A stretch of 64,000 bases of DNA from Magnetococcales bacterium (GCA_015234045.1 JADFWU010000004.1:43045-107044); one strand, 5' to 3'. Positions 9,635 through 18,364 are shown, counted from the stretch's first letter. Notes: generated by a model from the sequence alone, not told the origin. Program-made: numbers and translations.

Positions 9635-10392
9635 TTTTCAAACACCTCACAACTTTGAAACAAATAGACCAATACAGAAAGGCCAGCAGCTTTTTGAGTA
9701 AAATCCCAACTTTCATCACTGGCAAATTCTTGCATAGCCTGAAACAAATCATTACCTACTAATCCTTTACTCCTAACTCTGTTATATTCTTTGACAAAAC
9801 CAGACTTAAGGCGTTCAGGAAATTCATCGTCCCATTTTGCCACAGATTGCAGATAACTTCTAACCAAGTCACTTTTTAGCAACCCAATCTGAATTGACCC
9901 TTTTATTTCTTCTGTCAGATTATTACGTGCCATCTTATCTGGAATATTTAATAAAGAGACATCAGGAAATATCTCCTGTCCTGGCTTAGCTTGAATTCTC
10001 TTGGTGACCTCCTCTAATTCATCGAACCCAAACCGTGTAAAAGCTTCATTCAATTGAATTCTAACCCATTCTTCGTGTTCTTTTTTGATTTTTTCAAGCA
10101 ATTTCACTGGCCATATATTTGGCTGTTTATCTATCTTAGAATGGCAAGATGGACAAAGCAAAATTAGATTTTTATGATGATCTCTTTGATCAAGTGGATA
10201 ATCTGGGTCACCGCGAGCTGCATCATCCGATTTACCAATAATATGAGCTAGCTCTCCAATCTGCTGAACTTTTTCACTTTTAGTACCAGATAATAACAAT
10301 TCCTCCCGACAATCTGGCATGGAACAGAGAGCTGCTGCTGCACCATAAATAATTTTTATATCTTTTATTGCAATATTTCTTGATTTCGCCAC
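9631..10392 (-). CDS. HNH endonuclease fused to a C-terminal helical domain, candidate ABC-3C effector component
   Basis: 253 aa. It has Cys pairs CSMPDC and LCPSCHSKID, with ELAHIIG and HHKNLILLC between them, which is the canonical HNH (His-Me finger) arrangement. About 150 aa of uncharacterised helical C-terminal region follow. GTG start with AAGGA about 9 nt upstream. Confidence 0.8.
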   Translation of the reverse strand: MAKSRNIAIKDIKIIYGAAAALCSMPDCREELLLSGTKSEKVQQIGELAHIIGKSDDAARGDPDYPLDQRDHHKNLILLCPSCHSKIDKQPNIWPVKLLEKIKKEHEEWVRIQLNEAFTRFGFDELEEVTKRIQAKPGQEIFPDVSLLNIPDKMARNNLTEEIKGSIQIGLLKSDLVRSYLQSVAKWDDEFPERLKSGFVKEYNRVRSKGLVGNDLFQAMQEFASDESWDFTQKAAGLSVLVYLFQSCEVFEK

Positions 10393-10768
10393 AAACCATG
10401 TCCTTTGCAGAAGTTTCTAATCCATCCCAGCTTATACTTCTTCTACTATTTTGGATGAATGATTATTTATAGAGACCAATGAAAACATGTCAATTACAAA
10501 TTTATTTCATGTCAACAACATACTGGATCTCTTTCATGAATCATACACAACACCAACCCATACCTTCATATCAGGGTCTTTACTCCCTTAACCAACGTGT
10601 TTTCATACACTCACATACTGCAATTAGAACAGCTTCTGACTTAGTTCTAACCCCACAAAGTGCTATTAGACGCGTTAAATCTGTATAGATATACCATTAA
10701 TCCATATTCTGAACTTTTTTTTCCATTCATCACTTGGCATTAATACCTGACATACATCAGGTCCATTC

Positions 10769-12016
10769 TTTCACTACCGGACACTTTTTACCCCTAAGCC
10801 CTCTTGAGAGGCATAACGAGTCGTAAGCCTTCATTTAGAAGGTGCTCCAGCCAGCGAAATCCAAGCTGAAACAGGCTTAAATCAATGCGATTACAACGAT
10901 GTATCTCCCCTGCCTTTCCGCTTTCTTTGCACAACTCTCCCAAGTAAACCACCCAGATGTAAGCAAGGCAGGCTGCTATCAGAAGGCGCGACAAGCGTTC
11001 AGGATTTGACAGGTGGGATCGCTGGATTTGGAAGCCTCTTGTCTTCTGGTCACTGAAAAACGTTTCGATTCTGAAACGAAGGGCGTACTGATCACACACC
11101 TCTTCAGCAGTGGTCAAATTTGAGACCAGGTATATGGGCTCTTTGCAGTCTTCTCTCCACCAACAAACCACCCTAACAGGTCCATGTTTATCTTTTTTAA
11201 ACAAACAATTGCAAACATCTATATATTCTCCTTCCGTCATGTGTTTCTCAATTTCACGGCAAGAAAATTCATATCCCTCCCAATTCAAAATGATGCTCTT
11301 ACTGGTCCGACAGGAAAAGTCCCATCCCATCATGGATACCGTCTCCAGAAGACGGACACCATCAAACTCCCCGTCCCCCAGGATCACCACACGGGTATCT
11401 GATGGAATCAAGGCTTGAATCTGCTCCATCAGGCGCAAGTGCAACTCTTCAGGGAGGTGCCCCTTTTTACCCTTCAGCACAATCCAAGTGATCGGCAGAG
11501 CCCGCCCTTTGAAGATGACGTTGGCCATCAAAGCGATGTTCCCTCGTCCAACGGAGCTTCCATCTATAGCAATGACCAAGGCCTCTTGAATCTGGGCAAG
11601 TCGAGCCATCAATAGTTGCGCGAAAGGAAGAAAATATTCTTCTATTTCAATGCGTTTATTCCGCACCCAACGAACAAACTTCTTTTCCCTGCTTGTCAGT
11701 TTTGTGCCGTTGGGCGCTTTGCTTGCCACCTCAGGCAGATGTACATTCTTTGCCCCGATGATTCCGCTCATCATGGCTGCAAGGGTATTCAAATGACGGG
11801 CTACGTTCCCGCTGGCAGTGCCAGGAAAAAGCGTGGTAAGCTCTTTTCTGATGATGCGGAACCTTTTCGCATTGTCACCCATGGCTGTGTCCTTTGCTTG
11901 GTCGTTGAGGATGCAGCCATTTTTATTTTTCTCGGATGAAACGTCAATATTTCAATGTATTACCACGTCTTTCAAAGCTCGTCAAACTCCTCTGGAAAAA
12001 GTGTCCGGTAGTGAAA
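10769..12016 (-). mobile_element. complete IS4-family insertion sequence (about 1.25 kb)
   Basis: Perfect 21-bp terminal inverted repeats: TTTCACTACCGGACACTTTTT at 10769-10789 and AAAAAGTGTCCGGTAGTGAAA at 11996-12016. They bracket a single intact DDE transposase ORF. I saw no obvious target-site duplication. Confidence 0.85.
10794..11882 (-). CDS. IS4-family DDE transposase
   Basis: 362 aa. The YALRFRIETFFSDQK segment matches the IS4 Y-(2)-R-(3)-E-(6)-K signature. Candidate catalytic Asp blocks are VIAIDGSS and VVILGDGEFD. Confidence 0.9.
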   Translation of the reverse strand: MGDNAKRFRIIRKELTTLFPGTASGNVARHLNTLAAMMSGIIGAKNVHLPEVASKAPNGTKLTSREKKFVRWVRNKRIEIEEYFLPFAQLLMARLAQIQEALVIAIDGSSVGRGNIALMANVIFKGRALPITWIVLKGKKGHLPEELHLRLMEQIQALIPSDTRVVILGDGEFDGVRLLETVSMMGWDFSCRTSKSIILNWEGYEFSCREIEKHMTEGEYIDVCNCLFKKDKHGPVRVVCWWREDCKEPIYLVSNLTTAEEVCDQYALRFRIETFFSDQKTRGFQIQRSHLSNPERLSRLLIAACLAYIWVVYLGELCKESGKAGEIHRCNRIDLSLFQLGFRWLEHLLNEGLRLVMPLKRA

Positions 12017-12252
12017 AGCATTAACCAAACTCAAGTAATCACTTATCTTCATTCCATGTCACTCATAAGATTCATACAACACCATACCAGATCCTCCCCT
12101 CTAGTAAAAAATCTACCTTATACCATTATTGCTTTTTATCTTCTTTTCAGACATAAAACAGCTACATAATAATCAATAAGTTGAAGAAATCCCATATCTC
12201 TCTTGGCATACTTTCCAAAATAATTATTTAAATTGTTTAAAAATGATTTCTA

Positions 12253-12281
12253 TTGACAACGTTCTTATTTTAGTTGATATT
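12253..12281 (+). promoter_or_regulatory. putative sigma70-type promoter for the lipoprotein gene
   Basis: TTGACA (12253-12258), a 17-nt spacer, then GATATT (12276-12281), about 50 nt upstream of the GTG start at 12333. This is a sequence match only. Confidence 0.3.
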
Positions 12282-12332
12282 AAACGCTGAAAAGAAACAC
12301 ATATTTCTTACATTATTGACAAGGAGTATACA

Positions 12333-12848
12333 GTGCTCAGAACACTATTGGTCGGATTTGTTATGGCATTGCTGACAGGGTGCTCTACTATTGTGACTGG
12401 CACCACCCAGACTTTGACTGTAGTTACGCCAGAGTTGGAAGGTGCGAAATGCGCGTTAACCGACTCAAAAGGCGGCGTATGGTCTATTAGTGAAACCCCA
12501 GGTAGAGCCACTGTCCGTAAAGGCGATGGCCCGATGACCATCACCTGTAAGAAAGAAGGATATGCTACTGAAACTGTTCTGGTACAAGAAGAATTTGCCG
12601 GTGCAACAATTGGTAATGTTATCCTTGGTGGAGGAATTGGCATCTTTGTTGATGCAGTGTCAGGCGCTGCACAGATCTATCCTGATATGATCACTGTATG
12701 GATGAAACCAAACAAATGGCCCAGCGATGCTTCGCGGATTGAATGGGAAGCAAAAAAAGAAGCTTTTGATCGTGCTGTTGAGGAACGTGAAAGATTAAAA
12801 CATCAATTTGATGATGAAAACAATAATTCAATAACAGGACGGCGTTAA
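12333..12848 (+). CDS. putative lipoprotein
   Basis: 171 aa. It has a signal peptide with lipobox (MALLTGCS). AAGGAG lies 7 nt upstream of the GTG start. The Gly-rich segment NVILGGGIGIFVDAVSG may be membrane associated. I recognise no family. Confidence 0.7.
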   Translation: MLRTLLVGFVMALLTGCSTIVTGTTQTLTVVTPELEGAKCALTDSKGGVWSISETPGRATVRKGDGPMTITCKKEGYATETVLVQEEFAGATIGNVILGGGIGIFVDAVSGAAQIYPDMITVWMKPNKWPSDASRIEWEAKKEAFDRAVEERERLKHQFDDENNNSITGRR

Positions 12849-13099
12849 TAGCTGGACTGAAACAGCTCCAAGCACCATCTCAACACTAAATTTCTACTCC
12901 ATTTCTTGGATATGTCCATTTATCCAATAAGGAAATAGCAAGAATTGCTCTGTTTGGGATAAAAAAAGAGCCTCTCAATGGTCCAGATCCATCCGGGTTT
13001 CATGCCTGTAGGCAGTTACCATTGAAAGGCTCTACCCCAAACCGCCGGAATGTGTCAATGAAAATCAGACACTCATTCCTAAACTGAAATGTCTCTATC

Positions 13100-13558
13100 G
13101 TGAAACAGATATTTTTTACTATACTGATAACGCTACTATTTTCCGTTAGCGTAATCGCGTCACCGGACAAAACCCGTTTTGATGATCTGCAAGGTGTCCT
13201 CTATCAAAGCACTCATGATGGTGACACGATTCGCTTTAACATTCCCAACACACACCCATTATTTGGTCACAATATTCCAATTCGCCTACGTGGCATTGAT
13301 ACTCCAGAGATCAATTCATCCTGCCCATCTGAACGACAACATGCCATTGCAGCCCGTCAGCATGTTCATACTCTTTTGCACAATGCACACACAATCACTC
13401 TGAAAAGGGTTGGACGTGGGAAATATTTTCGGATTCTGGGTGATGTCGTTTTTGATGGCGTGGACCTTGGCCAGCATCTACTACAGAATGGGTGGGCCGT
13501 TTCTTATGATGGCGATCAGAAGAAATCTGTTTGGTGTGACTCTATAGTTAATGAATAG
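13100..13558 (+). CDS. secreted thermonuclease (staphylococcal nuclease, SNase-like) family protein
   Basis: 152 aa. It has an N-terminal signal peptide (ILITLLFSVSVIASP). The IRLRGIDTPE and RILGDV segments and the overall size match the SNase OB-fold nuclease family. Confidence 0.8.
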   Translation: MKQIFFTILITLLFSVSVIASPDKTRFDDLQGVLYQSTHDGDTIRFNIPNTHPLFGHNIPIRLRGIDTPEINSSCPSERQHAIAARQHVHTLLHNAHTITLKRVGRGKYFRILGDVVFDGVDLGQHLLQNGWAVSYDGDQKKSVWCDSIVNE

Positions 13559-13575
13559 AAATCAAGCGCAACATT

Positions 13576-13962
13576 TCACCAAAGGCGATTGACCGTATAT
13601 TGATCAAATAGCTTCTCAATACTGATCAAGGTAAGATTTTCTACTATGGACTGCGTAATCAACATCCGATCAAAAGGGTCTCTATGCGCTCCAGAAAGCA
13701 ATCCGGCACGTTGGGCATGAATGAGAGAAATAGGCAGGCTTGAAAATCTTTGTGTGGCGAGATGGTGAGGCAAATTCTCTGCTATTTCTTGAGCATGAGG
13801 CAATTTTCCAATTCGGAATTTGGTGGCAATTTCCCAAGCTGATGCTGAACTGACAAAGACCTCATTCCTCTCATTTGCAATAGCGTTTTTTGCCCGTTCA
13901 GATAATTGTTCATTTCCATAAAACCACCAAAGCAGTGCATGCGTATCAAGCAATAAGCGCAT
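13576..13962 (-). CDS. vapC: type II toxin-antitoxin system VapC-family toxin (PIN domain)
   Basis: 128 aa. MRLLLDTHALLWW, SSASAWEIATK and HRDPFDRMLI are typical PIN/VapC acidic-residue blocks. It lies 3 nt downstream of the antitoxin gene. Confidence 0.9.
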   Translation of the reverse strand: MRLLLDTHALLWWFYGNEQLSERAKNAIANERNEVFVSSASAWEIATKFRIGKLPHAQEIAENLPHHLATQRFSSLPISLIHAQRAGLLSGAHRDPFDRMLITQSIVENLTLISIEKLFDQYTVNRLW

Positions 13963-13965
13963 CCC

Positions 13966-14202
13966 TCACTCTCCTTCCCACGCCGCTAACTCTTCTTCCG
14001 GCAGTGGATCAAAAAAGCGCTCATCTACAGAACCCGTATGTTTCAATGTGCCAAATGCACGCCCTTCAGGAAGCGGTGTAATAGGAACCAATTTAACAAG
14101 CGGATTTTTTCCACGAGCAATAATCACCTCTTCGCCCGTGAGTGCTTGATTGATAATTCTTGAGAGATGTGTTTTTGCCGCATGAATAGTGTATTGACTC
14201 AT
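13966..14202 (-). CDS. type II antitoxin, Phd/YefM family
   Basis: 78 aa. The N-terminus MSQYTIHAAKTHLSRIINQALTGEEVIIARGKNPLVKLVPI is Phd/YefM-like. It sits immediately upstream of vapC in the canonical antitoxin-then-toxin order. Confidence 0.85.
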   Translation of the reverse strand: MSQYTIHAAKTHLSRIINQALTGEEVIIARGKNPLVKLVPITPLPEGRAFGTLKHTGSVDERFFDPLPEEELAAWEGE

Positions 14203-14501
14203 CAGACCACCTATTAGACTTAGTCCACTAAACTTAGTCTATTACTATTTCGCTTTTATTTCCATACTATTCTCTTATCTCTCGAATTTATCACTCGATC
14301 AAATACATCTATAAAATGAAAACCAGCCAGAAAATGGATTGAATTGGTGCATCTATGGCACTATCGTCCTCTTTTTTGTATACTGACAGGTGGTTTTTAG
14401 ACCGATTTTGAGTGTAAATACTTGACCTGACAGATCAGATTATCATTATATTTTAATATTCACGGTACCCACCTTAACCAGTAGCAAAAGGCATATCCAA
14501 C

Positions 14502-15356
14502 ATGGCCAACTCCCAATGGGTTATTGATGTTGATGAGAACGACTTTAATCAAGCCGTTATCCAGCAATCTCTTTCCACGCCGGTTCTTGTGGATATTTGG
14601 GCACCCTGGTGTGGTCCCTGTAAGACACTTGGTCCGATTTTGGAGCAGTTGGCGGAAGAGATGCAGGGTCGGTTTATTCTGGCTAAAGTCAATGCCGATG
14701 ATAACCAACAGTTGTGTCAACAGATGCAGGTTCAAGGTATTCCAGCCTGTAAACTGGTCTTCAATGGCGAAATTGTTGATGAATTTACCGGTGCATTGCC
14801 AAAGAATCAGATCATCGAGTTTCTGGATAAGAATATTCCCAACGAAGTCGCCAATCTCATTGAACAGGGCAAAATCCTGGAACAAAATGGCGATCCACAA
14901 GGCGCGTTCAACCACTATCACGCCGCTTTGGAAGTCGAACCCAACAATACTGACGCACTTGTTGGACAAGCCCGTATTTTTATCGCCCATGATCAAAAAA
15001 ATGAAGCACAGGAACGGCTTGAGATGATCAGTGCCAATGATCAGGATAATCCTGAAGTACGCGCACTAATCGCCCAAATGGAATTCTCTGGAAACACCGA
15101 CACTTCAGACCTTGAAGCCCGTATCAAAAAGAATCCAGACGATTTAGCAGCTAGAATGGAACTGGGTCGCGCTCTGATTGGTCAGAACCAGCATGAAGCA
15201 GGCATCGATCAGTTTCTTGAAGTGGTCAAACGTGATCGCTCTTTCGAAGATGACGCAGGTCGCAAAGCGGTATTGCAGACCTTTGACATGTTGGGACCAA
15301 CTCACCCTATGGTGCCCAAATTTCGAAGCAAACTCTCCTCGGTTCTGTTCTCATAA
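14502..15356 (+). CDS. thioredoxin-domain protein with C-terminal TPR region (YbbN/CnoX-like architecture, catalytic WCGPC retained)
   Basis: 284 aa. WAPWCGPCK in the N-terminal thioredoxin fold is followed by TPR-like helices (GDPQGAFNHYHAALEVEPNNTDAL). Confidence 0.85.
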   Translation: MANSQWVIDVDENDFNQAVIQQSLSTPVLVDIWAPWCGPCKTLGPILEQLAEEMQGRFILAKVNADDNQQLCQQMQVQGIPACKLVFNGEIVDEFTGALPKNQIIEFLDKNIPNEVANLIEQGKILEQNGDPQGAFNHYHAALEVEPNNTDALVGQARIFIAHDQKNEAQERLEMISANDQDNPEVRALIAQMEFSGNTDTSDLEARIKKNPDDLAARMELGRALIGQNQHEAGIDQFLEVVKRDRSFEDDAGRKAVLQTFDMLGPTHPMVPKFRSKLSSVLFS

Positions 15357-15422
15357 CGTCCAAAAATTAACTTAATAATACGGTCCCTATCTTGGCCCCC
15401 TACTATTACGGATCACTATTCC

Positions 15423-16625
15423 ATGGCTAAATCTGCTCGTCGCATCGTCACCCCTCATCGAAAAATTCCTCTGACTGTTCCAGAAGGCATGACACCGGTT
15501 GAATTTTTCAATAGTGTTGCCAATCTGAAAAACTTGGCTGAAGAGAACGGTCTGCTGCGCTCGCCTGAAGATTTTCTGCTCTACCGAAAAGCCATCGGCC
15601 ACAGTGTGGAGTTTGATACGTCCATTATTTTGGATACATCGAAAAAAGTCATGGACCCGTTGGGCCGCCCAGTACGTCGTGATCAACTGGACAATCAGCA
15701 AAAAAATGTCTGGAGCCGGATGAGCGAGATTATTTTCTCCTATATGGTAGAAAAATATCCAGACCCTGAAAAACATGTGATTCTATGTGGTGAAGCCAGT
15801 TTAGATCCAACCTGGCCACTGAGCAAACCAGGTGTACCAAGTATCCGTATGATTCACAATCACTTCATCACATTCAATATGGATGATTTGAGAAACGCCG
15901 AACTGGCCGATCCCAACGACCCCAACCTCACTGATAGTGGCCACAATGGTCTCTTTTCTGATCAGCTCAGTCCGGTTTATCAAAAGTTCATGGAAGTGCT
16001 TGATCTGAAAATTCTACGGCCTATTCCCACTGACAAAGCACAACTCGGGCTCACCGGTTATCCTGAAGGTCTGCCCAGTTGGGAAGTTGTCGGAGGCGCT
16101 GATATGTTGAAAAATCCGCGCTTCTGGCATGAATATGATCTGGTTTTGGAAGGATTTTTGGATTTCTACCGCACCTTTTTCACCCAGGTTTCTACCCGTG
16201 GTGCGCCAGTGCCCGAGAATGCTTACTACCCGGATCAGGTGGAAAATGTCCTGCTGTTCAGCAACCATTTTCACCGCGCTGCTAAACTGATTCGTCAAGA
16301 GATTTTGCAAGATCCACAATTTGCTAATAAAATTCGTTGGCGTCCGGCCTATAAGCAACTCATGTTCCGAGATGAAAATGGTCGTCTTATTGTCACCATC
16401 AGTCAAAATTCAGTAGGTAACGCCATTACCGAACTGCTCGGCATCGTTGTGAAACGTGTCACTGATGAAGAGGCCTATGGCAAGGCAGAACCGGCCCTAC
16501 TTAAAAAACTGTTGGAAGTGCGTGACCGCCTCGTTGACGCAGATCTTGGTGATCCTGTTTCAACACCATGCTGGCCAAAGGGTCAGTTTTTAGCGGAGAA
16601 ATGTACACGCATGAAGAAAGGATAA
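15423..16625 (+). CDS. hypothetical protein (400 aa), no family recognised
   Basis: A long uninterrupted ORF whose composition looks similar by eye to neighbouring core genes. There is no convincing RBS at the annotated ATG, so the start is uncertain. Confidence 0.6.
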   Translation: MAKSARRIVTPHRKIPLTVPEGMTPVEFFNSVANLKNLAEENGLLRSPEDFLLYRKAIGHSVEFDTSIILDTSKKVMDPLGRPVRRDQLDNQQKNVWSRMSEIIFSYMVEKYPDPEKHVILCGEASLDPTWPLSKPGVPSIRMIHNHFITFNMDDLRNAELADPNDPNLTDSGHNGLFSDQLSPVYQKFMEVLDLKILRPIPTDKAQLGLTGYPEGLPSWEVVGGADMLKNPRFWHEYDLVLEGFLDFYRTFFTQVSTRGAPVPENAYYPDQVENVLLFSNHFHRAAKLIRQEILQDPQFANKIRWRPAYKQLMFRDENGRLIVTISQNSVGNAITELLGIVVKRVTDEEAYGKAEPALLKKLLEVRDRLVDADLGDPVSTPCWPKGQFLAEKCTRMKKG

Positions 16626-16832
16626 TGGTTAAGCAATAGCCTGGAAAGCGTCCACGGGTCGCTATGTGCGATCCCGTGGCACGTCCTTCCCACAAGGAGA
16701 TGAATTGTCCGGTCATGCTCAATTCATCTTTCCATCGCTTACAGTCTCTCAAACACTGTCCCGCAAAGGCGAAACCGGTGCGGCAACACGTTGCTCAGAA
16801 ACCAAGCGAAACGGAAGCCCTCGGTACTAAGA

Positions 16833-18017
16833 CTATATGCAAACCGTAGACCGACCTGCCGCTTTGGCCCGATAAAGCGCATCATCTGCACTCTTAAGCC
16901 ACTCATCTACTGAAAGCCCCGGCTGCCAACAGGCCAAACCAATGCTTACACCTAACTTATCGGCTCCTGGCGCTTGAATGTTGAGCGCTTTTACAACTTT
17001 GCAGAGCCGCTTCATGAGCAAAAAGCCCATATCTTCAACAGTGTTGGGCAAAATCAGTGCAAATTCATCTCCACCGGTTCTGGCCAACAAATCTGACCCA
17101 CGGATCATTTTCAATAACGCTTTTGATACCGCTTTCAAGGCATCATCACCATCCGCGTGACCGAGCCGATCATTGATGGCTTTAAAGTGATCCAGGTCCA
17201 GATACGCCAATGCCAAAGGATGACCATAGCGCTGTGCATTGGCAATTTCCTGATTCAAACGCTCATCAAAAACCCGACGATTGACCAAGCCGGTCAATGT
17301 GTCCCGTCGTGCCTGATCGTACAACTCTTCATAAGTCAACGCCCGCTCAATGGGACCATGAAGCTCTTCGGACATCTCAGCCACAAGATCATCCAGATCA
17401 GAACTTCTATTGCTGGGCGCTCCACGCCGAATCAACAATAGACGATCCTCATCATGACTGAGCTGCGTCACACGATACCAAAATCCATCATGACCTTTAT
17501 GATCCAGCGCACCCTCTTCACCCACTTCCGGCGTGTGGTCAAGAATGTACTCCGCTGCATCTATCAGGCGTTGGCGGTGTGGTCCGTGACAGGAACAGGC
17601 AATGTATTGCCGATTGCGCGAAAAGTGGCGATAAGCCACCAACTCGTGATCCAAATGCGGACGCAACCAAGTTGAAAACGTCTCCAACATTGATGCCAGA
17701 TCCAGTTTTTCGCCCAGCTGACGGTGCAGGTGATAGCGCCGTTCCAATTGGTTATTACTGTTTCTGACCCGATCCAGCTCTTTGACCTTTGGCATCAACC
17801 AAAGTGAAAATGACTCGATCATGGAAGCCAAATCCGGCTTCTCTCCCAATTGCATATTCAGATCGTACATACGATTGAGCTGATCGGCACGATTTTGATA
17901 GTGACTCAACGCCTCTCCCAGAGTCGGTCCTGACTCCGGCCAAATCAGATTGGCTATCGGTGTCCGGTCTAGTGGCGGTGTGCCCGATGTTTTTTGATGA
18001 TTAACAACAATGCCCAT
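16833..18017 (-). CDS. diguanylate cyclase (GGDEF domain) with an N-terminal region containing an internal duplication
   Basis: 394 aa. The C-terminal domain has RTGGDEFALIL, DLDHFKAINDRLGH and ADDALYRAKAAGR. The N-terminal region contains two similar segments of about 34 aa. Confidence 0.9.
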   Translation of the reverse strand: MGIVVNHQKTSGTPPLDRTPIANLIWPESGPTLGEALSHYQNRADQLNRMYDLNMQLGEKPDLASMIESFSLWLMPKVKELDRVRNSNNQLERRYHLHRQLGEKLDLASMLETFSTWLRPHLDHELVAYRHFSRNRQYIACSCHGPHRQRLIDAAEYILDHTPEVGEEGALDHKGHDGFWYRVTQLSHDEDRLLLIRRGAPSNRSSDLDDLVAEMSEELHGPIERALTYEELYDQARRDTLTGLVNRRVFDERLNQEIANAQRYGHPLALAYLDLDHFKAINDRLGHADGDDALKAVSKALLKMIRGSDLLARTGGDEFALILPNTVEDMGFLLMKRLCKVVKALNIQAPGADKLGVSIGLACWQPGLSVDEWLKSADDALYRAKAAGRSTVCI

Positions 18018-18311
18018 GGCAGTATCGACATCCCATTTTCAATAAATGATCCAATGGTGACCATGACATTTCATGGCAGCCTGGTGGATGGAAACTTCCT
18101 TCCCCCCATGAGATCTTTGTATTGAATAACGCGATTTTTGTGCCAATAGTCAGGATCGTGACACTGTTTGAGATTATGGTTAAATACCGCTTTCATTTCC
18201 GCTTTGGAACAGTCTGAAACCACATATTAATTACTGTTTGCTAATATCTATCACATGCTGTTTATAGCGGCATTAACAGAAGTGTCACTATTTTGTTCAC
18301 AGAAAAAATCA

Positions 18312-18352
18312 GAAAAAAATGCCCGTCCATAGCGCGTTGGACGGGCATTTTC
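18312..18352 (-). terminator. rho-independent terminator after the 1671-aa gene
   Basis: ATGCCCGTCCA (18319-18329) pairs with TGGACGGGCAT (18338-18348). The adjacent plus-strand A-run gives a U-run on the minus-strand transcript. It lies 13 nt downstream of the stop at 18365. Confidence 0.7.
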
Positions 18353-18364
18353 TGCACACTTTGC

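Noticed and set aside
10479-10688. A 69-aa plus-strand ORF between the HNH gene and the IS element.
   Set aside because: It is AT-rich and has no RBS. Its translation is compositionally odd (rich in H, T, Q, Y, S) and it lies in what is more likely the promoter or leader region of the cassette.
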